Source: Eledone cirrhosa (taxonomy: Eukaryota). Taken from it: 64,000 nt of DNA. The notes under the pieces are model-generated. The model was not told where the DNA came from and searched no databases. It saw nothing but the letters and a program-made list of their open reading frames with translations. Of the stretch, positions 14,484 to 27,444 are shown one piece after another. A program made the position numbers and the translations under genes. Each line of letters starts with the position of its first letter. Positions within the stretch are counted from its first letter, which is position 1. The stretch spans positions 287,866,001 through 287,930,000 of the forward strand of contig OZ024740.1 in the NCBI GenBank assembly GCA_964016885.1, in the 5' to 3' direction.

Positions 14484-15686
14484 ATATATATATATGTAAA
14501 AAGTAAACAGAAATAACAACACAATCGGTACAGTATATGGAAGGTATATATTAGGTTAATGCTTGATATAGCAGGAAGAGGGTCTCTTCGGATGCTAGTC
14601 CTTCATCAGAAGAAAGAAAGAATGAGAAATAAAATAGATTGAGGGGACGGGCGGGGTGGAATTGGATAAAATGTCTTTAGATAAAAATAACATGTCCATT
14701 CATGTCGACATCTCTTGCAATATATATATATATACACACACACATCAGGGGCTTTTTCTTTTTAACCTAGAAGGATGAATGGCAAAGTGAACCCAGGCAA
14801 GTTTTGAACTCATCAAGTATAAGTGTAACTAAATACCTATTGCAAAATATATATGTATCTCAACACTTTACTACAACTGCTACTTGACTATCCATAACTT
14901 ATCATCTCCATACAATCTACTTAGTACATTGTTGTTATTGTTGTTGTATAGAGCTATGATAAATGATGTTCCAGTTCTAATTATCTTATCTTTTATTCAG
15001 ACATAGTGTGTATAAGAATACTTATATTCACCCTTCCTTTGTTTTCATGAGAATAGGGCGTTATTTAAAGGAGATCTTGCTGTTATTTCTAACAGCTTTA
15101 GTGACCATGTAGAGGCCATCTTACTGGCTTGAACTGTTTATATATTGTCAAATATAGCAATAAACACAGGTTGATGGAACAAGGCTGAAAACATCATCTT
15201 CACTTCACGCAGTGTCTCAAACATCATGGGGTCCATCTCTTCCTCTGGTAGTTAAACATGGCTGGAAATTGTATGTATGGACCTGTTATTTTTGATGGAG
15301 CTGTAGGGGTACTTTAGTGACATACATCATGTGTTGGGCATTTTAAACCTGTTGGAACCCATCCTTCTCCAGATCTGAACACAGACAATTTCTTCCAGAG
15401 AAGGAGAAAGAGGAAATAAGAAAAAGATATAGAAGAATTGCTCCCAGTACTGGACTGGTACATTTTTTATTGACTTTGAAAGGATGAAAAGCAAAATTAA
15501 CCTTAGCAGGATTTTAACTCAGAGCACAAAGATTTGTATTCAGCATTGTTATGACAGTAAATTGGAGTAAGTAAAATGATCTGACTCAACCATGTTATGA
15601 ACTTACCTTGTTGGGAATCTACCATTATTTTCATGTCTTTCTCAATGTTTTTGTAAAATAATATATGTTCTGTTTATTTTGTACAG

Positions 15687-15800
15687 GATCTGAAGAAATA
15701 CCACTATTATTACTGGTATGCATTCCCTTGCATCTCTTTACCAGACAATGTTCTTGTCAACCAACAGAGATTATTGAAAGATTGTTTCACCAGTGACATG
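15687..15800 (+). CDS. ATG7: ATG7 exon c (DLKKYHYYYWYAFPCISLPDNVLVNQQRLLKDCFTSDM)
   Basis: gtacag / gtaata; hallmark DLKKYxxxYW motif. Confidence 0.93.
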
Positions 15801-16076
15801 GTAATAAATTTTCAATCATCATCAAAGCGGACGTAAAATGATGATGATAATGATGATTCACTCTATTATCTTTTTCTATTTTCTTTCTTTTCTGGCTTCT
15901 ATCATAATTTCTTTCTAATGGTTTATTTTTCTTGTTCTTTTTTAGTTCTCTTTTTTCCTTTAGTTCTTCTTTTGTCCTGCAAACCATCATGTGTGTATGT
16001 TTGTGTGAGTTTTTAGATAAATATTCTTTTTTTGAATTTGTTAACCAAATTGATGTTGAGTCACATTAAATTACAG

Positions 16077-16262
16077 TGGCGGTGGATTGGCAGTATCGGT
16101 AGAGGGTCGGACGCCATGCTTTCCAGCATAGTTACGTCCCTTTATGATCTGAGTTCAAATCCCGCCGAGGTTGACTTTGCCTTTCATCCATACGGGGTCG
16201 ATAAAATAAAGTACCAGTAACGCACTGGGTAATTGCTGGCCTTGTGCCTAAAGTAGAAACAA
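16077..16262 (+). mobile_element. tRNA-derived SINE family A (further copies near 40447, 47160, 56292, 56575, 58556 on +; 52610, 53058 on -)
   Basis: Pol III A box TGGCAGTATCGG, B box GAGTTCAAATCC, body GCCTTTCATCC..GGGGTCGATAAAATAAAGTACC. Confidence 0.88.
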
Positions 16263-16584
16263 TTAAATTACAGTCATAATTTCTCATGGCATGTGAAGTG
16301 AAGAGGTATATTAGTTTCACTAAGCTAAGTCATAAGGGAGGCTTGGTTTAGATTTCAGCTTTTTTCATATATGTCATCAGATAGTGGGTTGTTGTTGTAT
16401 TGTTACAGCCTAAGTGTTGGTTAAATGAGTGTTAAGAATGGATTTCACTATGGATTCAATCCACTTCTTACCAATTCTGGCAAACTGCTTGAAAGTATGA
16501 AAAACTCATTATCAAACTGGATTACAAAAATTCAATTTATAGTATATTTAACAAGCATAAAGGAAAAACTATATCACCACAGAT

Positions 16585-17172
16585 CATCATCATCATCGTT
16601 TAACGTCTATCTTCCACGCTAGCATGAGTTAGACGGGAGTTGTCCCACTTGAGGCAAGGTTGGTCGGGTGACCGTGTCTCGCTCATATAGGACTATCTGG
16701 CAGGTTTTCTATGGTTGGATGCCCTTCTTAACACCAACCACATTTACAGTGTGGAACTGGGAACTTTTTTACCGTGTTACCTACACGGCCACATTACAGC
16801 ATGGACTGTGTGTTTTTTTTTTTTGTGACACCTACACAATCTCGATCTCATTATCTCATTTATTTGGACTGGATGTTGTGGTACCAACTTTACAGAGAGA
16901 GGGTGGTGTTGGTGGGAGGATAGGGTAGGGGTAGTGGGTTGGGGTGTATATTTGGTTGAGGGGTGCCTACTGACTGTAGGTTTCGCTTTGTACATAGGCA
17001 TTATTACTGCGTAGCGCCAAAGATCTCGGTCCAGTGACATTGTCTTAAAGAGGTGCAAGTGTGTAAGGTCGGAATTTATCAAATTGTCCCAGGTTTTTCT
17101 GGGTCTACCTACTCCATAACTACTATCAATTTTGATCGACTTGCACTTTTTTATACAGCTGTCGTCTTTCAT
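16585..17172 (-). mobile_element. RTE LINE 3' end with long 3' UTR and (GAT)n tail
   Basis: MKDDSCIKKC..GRPRKTW; close to the reverse complement of 53971-54575. Confidence 0.88.
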
Positions 17173-17759
17173 GTTTATATCTATCTATTAATCTCTCTCT
17201 CTCTCTCTCACACACACACGGATGCATGCACACACACACACACACGGATGCATGCACACACACACACACGGATGCATGCACACACACTTACATCCATTTT
17301 TCATGCTGGCTTGATCTGAGACTAGGATGGTTGTGGAACCATGACATTGCTGATAGGTTCCATTTTTGGCAGAGCTCCTATTGGCTGGATGACCTTCCTA
17401 ATGTCAACCACTTTACATATATGTGTACATCATCATTAGTTTTGTTGTCCATTTCTTCATGCTGGCATGGGTTGTACAAAACATTTTCAGGCAGAATTTT
17501 ACGTCTAGATGCCCTTACCTTGTTCAAAGAAACAATACAATGACTGTAAGTTATTGAAGTTTGACCTTACAAATATTCATAAGCTCAAACTTCAATAACT
17601 TAGTCATTGTATTGTTTCTTTGAACAAGGTAAATAACTCTGTTTGCTTCAGTTCATCTGACCGAGTAAATAGATATAGGAATAAGCATCCACCCATCCAT
17701 AAAATCAGTTTCTCCAGAAATAAAATGTGCAAGCATGGAAAAGATGGATATAAAATAGT

Positions 17760-18390
17760 GGTTTCAGATTTAGGCACAAGGGCAGCAATTTTGGGGGAGG
17801 GGAAAGTCATTAAATCGACTCCAGTGCATGACTGGTACTTTATTTTATCGATCCTGTAGGGATGAAAGGCAAAGCTAACCTCGACTGGATTTGAACTCAG
17901 AACGCAAAGGGCTGTAACTCTATGCCACGAAGCCGGGTGTCCGATGTTCTACCGCTACTGCCAATCCACCACCGTTGATGGATATAAAATTATAAAAAAA
18001 ACATTTAGTAATAATTGTTTCTCTTTTGGCACAAGGCCAGCAATTATCTCAGTGTATTACTGGTACTTTATTTTATCGACCCCGTAAGGATGAAAGGCAA
18101 AGTTAACCTCGGCGGGATTTGAACTCAGAAAGGGAAGGGCCGTAACTCTTTGCGGCAAAGCATGGCGTCAGACCCTCTACCGATACTGCCAATCCTACAC
18201 ATTTAATAATAATTGTTTCTACTTTAGGCACAAGGCCAGCAATTACCCAGTTCATTACTGGTACTTTATTTTATCGACCCCGTAAGGATGAAAGGCAAAG
18301 TCAACCTCGGCGGGATTTGAACTCAGATCGTAAAGGGACGTAACTATGCTGGAAAGCATGGCGTCCGACTCTCTACCGATACTGCCAATA
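17760..18390 (-). mobile_element. Three consecutive same-orientation copies of SINE family A
   Basis: GGATTTGAACTCAGA at ~17888, 18116, 18313, each with body and tail. Confidence 0.88.
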
Positions 18391-19009
18391 ATAATTTCTT
18401 TTATGGAACATATGAGCAAGATGAAGTCATCGCAACCCATTTGATATCAGATTGCGAAAACCTGTCCAACCCATGTCACCGTGGAAAATGGACGTAAAAT
18501 GATAATGATGATGGTCACAAGGGCTCAACATGGGGACAGTATGAGAGAGAAATACAAAGGAAAATAACAAGGAACAGGGGGTCGGGTAGATGGAGTAAAA
18601 GAGTGGATGCAGCAATAAAAATGAGGACAAGTTAATGAATAGAACTAATAATACAGAGCAAAGTAGGAAACAAGAAAGGGTTTTAAAATTGGGGGACAAA
18701 CCACATAGTGTTTTGGGGGCACCCCAAATACAATCCTGGACTACCCTGATAAACCAAAGGTAATGACTTCTATTCTTGCCTCAAGTCTACATCCATATAG
18801 TTACTATGGACCCATTTAGCCACACACTTTTTGCTGCTCTTACTCACCTTTCATAAAATTTACCAAAGGAGCAGCACATTTCTTTCAGTCCTTACCTTCC
18901 ACCTTAAGTGTTTAAAGAAGTTGATGAAGACTTATCTTGAGAAATAAATTCATATATTCAAACCTTTCAACCATGTCCCCCAATAATAATATTATATCTC
19001 AAAGATTAA

Positions 19010-19452
19010 TCATCATCATCATCGTTTAATGTCCACTTTCCACGCTAGCATGGGTTAGATGGGTTGTCCCATTTGAGGCAAGTTGGGTCAGGTGACTGTC
19101 TTGCTCATATAGAACTGTTTCTTGCTAGGTTTCTACAGCTGGATGCCCTTCCTAATGTCAACCACATTTAAAGTGTGTGCTGGGTGCTTTTTGACATGAC
19201 TCTTACATGACCACTTTACAGTGTGGGCTGGGTGCTTATTGTTGTGACACCTACACAACCACTTTACAGTGTGGGCTGGGTGCTTTTTGTCGTAACACAT
19301 ACATGACCACTTTACAGTATGGGCTGGATGCTTTTTGTTGTGACACCTACACGACCACACTGTAAGGTAGTCGTGTAGGTGTCACAACAATATGTTTATA
19401 TATTAATCTAGCATGGAAGAACGGACGTAAAACGGTGATGATGATGATGATG
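19010..19452 (-). mobile_element. RTE-3'UTR-related short repeat with internal 48-bp tandem units (other copies near 22145, 23115, 26110, 45510)
   Basis: Signature TTAGGAAGGGCATCCAGCTGTAGAAA and (GAT)n tail shared with RTE 3' ends. Confidence 0.8.
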
Positions 19453-19474
19453 ATTAATGTTTATATATTCACAG

Positions 19475-19621
19475 CTTGAAAATCTCATGAAAGCCTATGA
19501 TGAATTCCAGTCATTAAACAAAAGACTGCAAGCCTTTTTTTTATTTCAACAAACAAATGATGGTAAATTTGTTGTACATCCTGTCAGCATGTTGACCAAG
19601 TTGATGTCTGAGAATGAAAAG
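19475..19621 (+). CDS. ATG7: ATG7 exon d (LENLMKAYDEFQ...LMSENEK)
   Basis: tcacag / gtcagt; 49 codons, phase 0-0; fills the variable region between exons c and e. Confidence 0.85.
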
Positions 19622-20252
19622 GTCAGTACCAATAGCTTGTTCTGTTGTTAGTCAGTTGTATTGTGTTTACTGGTTAAATGTTGGCTATACTTCATTTCTG
19701 TAATCTCTATGTCTGTATTTATGAGTATGTGTGTTATGAGTATGTGTGTATAGAGCAGTCAAGGTACATGGCTTAGTGGTAAGGGTGTTGGACTTACGAT
19801 CGTTATGGTGTGGGTTTGATTCCTGGGCTGGGTTGCTCCAGCACACTCAGCTGAAAATGAGTACCAGCAATAGCTGAGGGTTTAACCCTGCGATGGACTG
19901 GCATCCTGTCCAGGAGGAAGTCTTGTATTTTCAGTCACTTCACATTATGAAACCGGGATAAGCACCGACTCAACGTGCTGCTTGCAGTGCACGAGGGCAT
20001 GCATGTGTATTACACTATATATGTCTTTGAATTATAGAACCAGGGGCAGTTTCAGGCAGTTTTGTTATCAAAAGGATTAAATGTAGGTTTTACAATATGT
20101 CTCAGATGTTTTAACATTATGTCTGATCTCTGCCAGCATTACCAAGTTTTCTCTGAGCTACATCCCAATAATAACAACTAACACAGCAATCTGAACCACC
20201 TATGTCACCATTATAACAACAGTAAATTGTAATGATGTTTTCTTTTCTACAG

Positions 20253-20341
20253 GTAATCTTTGCCTTCTACGACCCTTGCCCTGCAAGTGATTTCGCTGGT
20301 TGGCCACTAAGGAATTATCTCTACTTTATCTCATATGTCAT
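20253..20341 (+). CDS. ATG7: ATG7 exon e (VIFAFYDPCPASDFAGWPLRNYLYFISYV)
   Basis: ctacag / gtaagt; YDPC and GWPLRN motifs. Confidence 0.95.
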
Positions 20342-20378
20342 GTAAGTATTTCTTTATAATGAGCCATTTTTTTCTTTC

Positions 20379-20606
20379 TTACCCTTCAACATTCACATTA
20401 CTCTATATATACTATTGTATTTTCGCAGTAAAGGCTTTATCTGACATAATTATTCACAGCGAATCTATGAGATTTTGATGATATTATTATTTACTTTGAA
20501 AACAATACCTTAACATCAGTATGAGTGGCTAGTTACGGCTGGTTTGAACAGAAAGAGGTGAGAGAATTCTGGCCGGATACAGTTGGATTAAATGCTAAAG
20601 GGTTAA
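20379..20606. mobile_element. piggyBac-type MITE copy 2 (opposite orientation)
   Basis: Same family; ends TAAATGCTAAAGGG-TTAA. Confidence 0.8.
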
Positions 20607-21504
20607 TGCAGCTTGAGTTTCATCACAGCCCCTCCAGACAATATTATACATTGTAATCATTATTTCCCACATCCAATATAGTCAAACTCCAAGAAATTGG
20701 CTACTTCTGTTTTTTCATGCTTTAAGTTTGTTTGTTTTCTTGATTAAGAAAACATTTTGCCCTTCCTTTTAGTAAGTTATTTAAATATTAACTTTTTTGA
20801 TACAAATACCACATGAAACTGCTTCTGCTTATATGATACAAAACCACTTAAAACTGTCCCTAGTCCTATGGTACAAAACTGTTTATTTTAAAGTGTTTTT
20901 ATTTATCTAAATTGCATTCTTTGTTAATGATATGTATCAAGTAAGACAAAATGGATGTAAACAAAATAGTAGTTCAAAAGTGAATTTTTTTCTGTTTATT
21001 CACACTTGTATTTACCTTTTAATTATATAATATACATCTAATTTTATTTATAATTTACCCCCTGGCCTATCTGAGAACTCAGTAGAAGCGAGATAGTGCA
21101 TCTCCCAGTTCAGTGGCTTCGCTTAAGTACTGACTCTGTCAGTGATGACCCATCCAACCCTTGCTAGTTGGGAAAATGGACATTAAATGATGATGAGGAG
21201 GAGGATGATGATATTTTATTAATTTTTAAATAGTAGCTTTAGGGTTAGACCTTTGGTTTTGGTTGAGATTTGGGAAGGAATTGTCCTGAAATGCATCTAT
21301 TTTAGTTGATGTGGTAATGAATCAAGCTCTGGAATGAATTTGTTACCAAAGGGTCCACTGTATTTTTCTCAAAAAAGCAATGCATCACCTGGTCCAGGAA
21401 TTGAGCCCATAGCATTACGAATATTAGCCCAATACCCTAACCACTTGGCTGCATACCTTTACACACAAACAAAGAAGTAATGTAACTTATTTACATATTT
21501 GCAG

Positions 21505-21626
21505 AGGTGACAAAACGAAAGAAATTGAAGTTATCTGCTTCAAAGACAAGATGCAGAATGGTGTTCGCAGTATATCTCACAGTCTTGCTCTGAGCCTGAA
21601 TATTCCACCAGTTTCACATATTACAG
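21505..21626 (+). CDS. ATG7: ATG7 exon f (GDKTKEIEVICFKDKMQNGVRSISHSLALSLNIPPVSHIT)
   Basis: ttgcag / gtgagt; phase 2-1 fits neighbours; EVICF..HS pattern. Confidence 0.92.
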
Positions 21627-22299
21627 GTGAGTACCATGGCCTTTGTTGATATTCTGATGTTGCTTTTGGTCTTACTTTTAACTAATCATTCCTGTTACAA
21701 TAAAATGCACCCAATCCACTCTGTAAAGTGGTAGTACTAGTGCCACAATAAAATGCACCCAGACAATTCTGTAAAGTAGTAGAGCTGATGCCACAACAAA
21801 ATGTATCCAGCTCGCACTTAAATAAAAAAAAAAATTTTAAATGAATAACTGGTTGAAATTAAACCCATGTCTTCTAGTTTTGTTGAAAGTTTTGTAGATT
21901 AATCCCTGTGTTATAAATATCTCTTTATATTTCAGCACAGACAATTAGAAATAAGCAATTGTAACAAAGCAGTTATAGCGGTTATAACTTCAAAATTAGT
22001 TTAGGGCAAGTCTAAATATTCAATCCTACTGTTATATGATATGTAACATCATTTTCCTTATACATTAATTGCCAGGTATTCACTACTGAGTATTACTTCA
22101 CAAAATAATTAAGAAATATACACCTCTATATTCCGTTTATTATATGGTGTTAGGAAGGGCATCCAACTGTAGAAAACCTGCCAGACAGTCCTATGCGAGC
22201 AAGAAAATCACTCTTGCCTGAAGTGGGACTACCCCCGTCCAAACCCATGCAAGTGTGGAACACGGACGTTAAACGTTGATGATGATGATGATCATGATG

Positions 22300-23015
22300 A
22301 TAATCCTCCAAGCCATAACAGAGTAATTTAAGACTGGCTGTCCATGGGAACTTCTGTATACTGATCTGATCCTCATATTTGAATCTGTGGAAGAACTAGA
22401 GAATAAATTCCTGCTGTGGAAACAGAATTTACTGCTTTCTGGGTGACTTAATTAGCAGCAGAGGAGGGTGCTGTAAGAGCATAATAGCTAGAATAAGGAT
22501 AAGATGGAAAATGTTTAGGGAGCTACTCCCACTGTTGACTCCAAAAGGATTCTCCCTCCATACAAAGGGATGACTGTATGATGTCTGCATGCAAAGTGCT
22601 ATGCTTCATGGTAGTGAAACATAGGCTGTGACTGTAGAGGACATGCATAGACTGGAGAGAAATGTGGCAACCATGCTTTGTTGGATGTGCAATGTAAGTG
22701 TGAGAGAAAAGCAGAGTTTGGATGAGCTGAGGGAGAAGCTGGGTTTAAGAGGAATCCGAGGTGCTGTGAAAGAGAAGACTGCATTGGTACAGACATGTGA
22801 TGCACATGGCTGATGATTGATGGATGAAGAAATGCCAGTGGAAGGAAGCCACAGTAGAGGTAGACCAGAAAAACTTGAGCAGAGGTGGTGAGAATTGACC
22901 TCAAATCACTGAGCCTCACAGAGATGTCAAAAGAACGTGGCGACTGGAGAGATGCCAAGAACACATCCAACCCATGTAAACATGGAAAACGAATGTAAAA
23001 ACGATGATGATTATG
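22300..23015 (+). mobile_element. Degraded, internally deleted RTE LINE 3' fragment
   Basis: KTGCPWELLY, GSET, RLERN motifs; (GAT)n tail. Confidence 0.88.
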
Positions 23016-24078
23016 ATATATATATGTATATATATAAATATGTATGTATATATATATATATATATATTTGTATATATTATATTCATATATACATATATGT
23101 GTGTGTGTATATATCATCATCATCATCATTTTACGTTCGCTTTTCCCTGCTTGCAAGGGTGGGACGGGAACTGATTCTGGCTTGATTTCTACAGCTGGAT
23201 GCCCTTCCTAACACCAACCTCATTTACAGTGACTGCTGGGTGCTTTTTTGCCGTGGCACCTCGACGACCACTTTGCAGTGGAATGATAAGGACTGGGGTC
23301 CCTATATCTCATTTCTACAGCTGAGTGAACTGGAGCAATGTGAAATAAAGTGTCTTGCTTAAGGAAACAACACATCACCCGGTCTGAGAATTGAACTCAC
23401 AACCTTTCGATTGCAAGGCCAATGCTCTAATCACTAAGCCATGTACCTCCATATATATATCTATAAATATGTATGTATATATGTGTGTATATATATATAT
23501 ATATATACATGTGTATGTATGTATATATGTGTTTATATATAAAGAGAGAGAGATTACGAAAGTTACCAAATTTATTTTATCAATGAGATAACAAGCATGT
23601 AGTTGATTGGATGCATGTTGCATTACAGAGTGCACACAAATAGTTAGTGTGTTTTATGGCAGTGTTCTGGTATTGATGCACTGTAACAAACTCATGGACG
23701 GAATTCTGTTTCATTGTAATCTTCTGCTTATAACAGTTATTAAAATTGTGCGCGGAGGACTGTGTAATATCGGCAAATATTATCTAATCTGGGAAGATTA
23801 CAACTCATCAGCAGAGTACTTGTGCAACATCCTATTGGTCTTTAAAATGTATACAACTTCCAAGGCTGCCAGCTTCCTGATTCTCACAGTTCGATGCCGT
23901 TATAATGTGTGACTTCCAAAATTGAGGGAGTCTGCTGTGAGAAGAATACACTAATTGCTGGGTAAAATTTTTAAAATGGAATTCCTATTAAACCTTCTGA
24001 TAGAAATAGTTCATGTGAGTTTGACATTGTTGTATGATGTTTTATGTGATTCTTACATTTGTATTTTCTGTTCACCAG

Positions 24079-24169
24079 ACTGTCCATCAGTAGTAGGCTG
24101 GGAGAAGAACGAACGGGGTAAGATGGGGCCTCGTATGGTCAACTTAAGCCAATCCATGGACCCTAATAT
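24079..24169 (+). CDS. ATG7: ATG7 exon g ([30 protein letters not shown])
   Basis: caccag / gtaaga; highly conserved motif. Confidence 0.96.
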
Positions 24170-24885
24170 GTAAGATTTCTATGATTTTGTTGCCTTTTTT
24201 TTTACTTGATTATTTATTTGTGTGCACACGTGCTTGTGTGTGTGTACAAGTGCATATGTGTGTGTATGTGTGTGTGCCTGCACGCAGTTTCTATTCTTAA
24301 GTTTTAAGGATACAGTTTTTGCTTAGTCTACCACAAACCTACCATGGTCCACAAATATCTTTTTACTGGCACTGATAGCAGTCAGCTGCTAGTGTAAAAG
24401 AAAACAGAAAATGATGATGATAATCTGACAATGATAACTTTGGAGCATTAATGATGACTAGGCAGCAACAGAGAGCAGCCTTGACTACTTACTCTACCTT
24501 AAAGTGCAGGTATGTATTGTTTCTGAGAAGAGACCAACTGACTCATGTTTGACAGCTATTAAGGTGAACTCTTCTCCACTTTGGTCTTTGAAGATCTTCT
24601 TTGCATATGTACTATCAGCTAAACAACCAGACTCATATAATAGCTTAGTCGTATCTCTGGCTTTTTGTTTATCTATATGTTAATATTCAAATGAATCCTT
24701 CATTATTGTTGTTGGCATTGTCATTATCATTATCATCATTGTCATCATCAAATGTTTTCAAATGTTGGCATGATTAGGTTAGGTTAATGATTCTAAATAT
24801 GGTCTAATATAATCTACCTTGTATTAATCAATTTTTCTGAAATTTCAGCTAATCCACATGTTAATCAGTGTCTTTCACCTTTCAG

Positions 24886-25030
24886 ATTAGCAGAATCTGC
24901 TGTTGATCTCAACTTAAAGCTGATGCGTTGGCGCCTAATCCCAGACTTGGACTTGGAGTTAATTTCTAAAGCACGATGTCTTTTACTTGGATCTGGAACT
25001 CTCGGCTGTAATGTTGCAAGATGTCTTATT
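24886..25030 (+). CDS. ATG7: ATG7 exon h ([19 protein letters not shown]...[17 protein letters not shown])
   Basis: tttcag / gtaagt; GxGxxG ATP-binding loop. Confidence 0.97.
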
Positions 25031-25067
25031 GTAAGTCAGTAATCTTAATAGTTCTCTTATTGTTAGT

Positions 25068-25293
25068 TTAATTCTTTAGAATTTAAACCGGCCATATCTG
25101 GCCAGAATTCTGTCACCTCTGTCTAGTAAAACCGGCCATAATTCGCTGCTCATACTTATGTCAAAGTATTCTCAAAATAAATAATATCAAAATCTCATAG
25201 ATTCGATATTATGTGAGATAATTATGTGAAATCAAATGTTTACTGTGAAAATACAATAGTAAATAAAGAATAATGTAAATGCTAAAGGGTTAA
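25068..25293. mobile_element. piggyBac-type MITE copy 3
   Basis: Same family; TTAA at both ends. Confidence 0.82.
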
Positions 25294-25501
25294 ATCTTTG
25301 ACTTAGACATTTGCATTTTATATTTCCTATGTTGCACCATTAGGCTACAATTCTGTAACATGTCCTAATGTATTGGTCATTAGACTACTGTTGTAACATT
25401 TCCTATTACATTTATTATTAGACTACAGTGTGGTAGCATGTCCCAATATTTTGACCACAACACTATAAAATGATAGCATGTGTTTTTTTATTTTATTGCA
25501 G

Positions 25502-25660
25502 GGATGGGGTGTTAGGAATTTGACATTGGTAGACAATGGGAAGATTTCATACTCTAATCCAGTACGGCAGTCACTATTTGTCTTTGAAGACAGCCTTAAT
25601 GGTAGAAAACCAAAGGCTGAAACTGCTGCAGAATCACTCAAGAAAATAATTCCAGGTTTA
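25502..25660 (+). CDS. ATG7: ATG7 exon i ([23 protein letters not shown]...KKIIPGL)
   Basis: ttgcag / gtaagt; SNPVRQ motif of the adenylation domain. Confidence 0.97.
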
Positions 25661-26739
25661 GTAAGTAAATATTCTTCCACTATGCACCACAAACATCATT
25701 CCTCCCAAACTATTTACCATAATCCTACTCCTCTCCCACTTAATTATCACTGGCACTCTCCCTATTATCCTTAGTTATCTCTAGCTAAGCCCGATTCTAA
25801 TAATGTGGACTTTGTCTAACCTTTAATTAGTGCTCAAAAGATCTCAAATTTGACTCCTGTTTCATGACTGATACTTGCAAAAAAGATTCCTTTAAAATGG
25901 ACAGAACCTGTTGGTTAAAATGTATCTATTTAGTTAGTGTTGATGACATATATCTCCATTAATCTTTACAATATAACTGGAATGATCTATCTATCATTTT
26001 TGTGTTAAAAAAGAAGGCTGATTTCTTCAAGAGTATATATTTATTTCTTTATCTATTGAAATTCAGGTGTTTCATTTTGTAAAATTTTGAATAACACTCT
26101 TGGCAACACAGAAAAAGTGCCCAGCCCACACTGTAAAGTGGTTATGTAGGTGTCACAACAAAAAGCACCCAGCACACACTGCAAGTGTGGTTGACGTTAG
26201 GAAGGGCATCCAGCTGTAGAAACCAAGTGAAAATCAGTTCCATGATCTCTCACAAAGGGATAGCCCATCCTACCCATGCTAGCATGGAAAATGGATGTTA
26301 AATGATTATGGTGATGATGAAGATGAAAAATGAATCCGTTTTATTTAGTGTAGAAACATCAACAGTCTTTAAGGGACATTTATTAATTGGACTATAAATA
26401 TAATTTGACCAATTTGGACATAATTGTAAAGGGATTCTTTTGCGTACCTGAACATATACAGGAATGAGTCTGTAGTTTTCTGTATCTTGTTTGAAATTAT
26501 TTGGAAATTGTTCATTTTAACCTGGTTGGACATTGTTTTTCAATTGTCTGTACACATCTGTAAATGAATCTTTTCAGCCTTCCAGAGCACATTTAGTAAG
26601 GAACCATTGAATTCTGTTTGAGCATACATGAAAAAGGGTTCTATTAAATCTATAGAAACATACAATCTGTATCCTCCATTTATTGAAAGTATATGTTGAC
26701 TACTGTGTACTATGAAGATTCTTCCTTCCTTTTCTCCAG

Positions 26740-26791
26740 AATGCTGTTGGTAAAACATTGTCCATCCCAATGCCGGGACACCATGTTACAG
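26740..26791 (+). CDS. ATG7: ATG7 exon j (NAVGKTLSIPMPGHHVT)
   Basis: ctccag / gttggt; SIPMPGH motif. Confidence 0.92.
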
Positions 26792-27444
26792 GTTGGTACA
26801 TCATATGTTATTTCTGATATCTTAATTCTTCCTGCTTCACACATCATTGCATCACTTGTTGCACTTTTCACCTCACTCACCTCACTAGTAATTCCCATCA
26901 CACACCTATCTCATTGACTAATGTGTTGACAGTGTCATATGTAGTGTACAACCATAAAGGTGGTCCTTTCTTTACTTTAGCATTTTGTAGATTTTCTTAC
27001 TGTAGTTACTCTTGGTTTTTCGCCCATGTCACAATATCTGTATGTATAATGTCTTCTTCTTTTCTGGCACTCTGTTGGTTATGATGACAAGTGTTCCAGT
27101 TGAACCAATCAACGGAACTGCCTGCTTGTGAAATTAACGTGCAAATCGTTGAGCATTCCAGAGACACATGTACCATTAACATAGTTCTCAGGGAGATTCA
27201 TCGTGACACAGAATGTGACAAGGCTGGCCTTTCAAATTACAAGTACAACTCATTTTTTCCAGAGGAGTGGACTGGAGCAACGTGAAATAAAGTCTCTTGC
27301 TCAAGGACACAATACACCACTGGGAATCGAACCCATGACCTTGCGAATATGAGCCAAATACTCTAACCACAAAGCCATGCACCTTCACAAGTATAATGTA
27401 TAACCACAGTATTATCACTATTTCATCCAATGGTCATCATCCAT

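Noticed and set aside
16077-16170. tRNA gene
   Set aside because: A and B boxes are present, but the sequence continues into a multi-copy SINE body and no cloverleaf is evident
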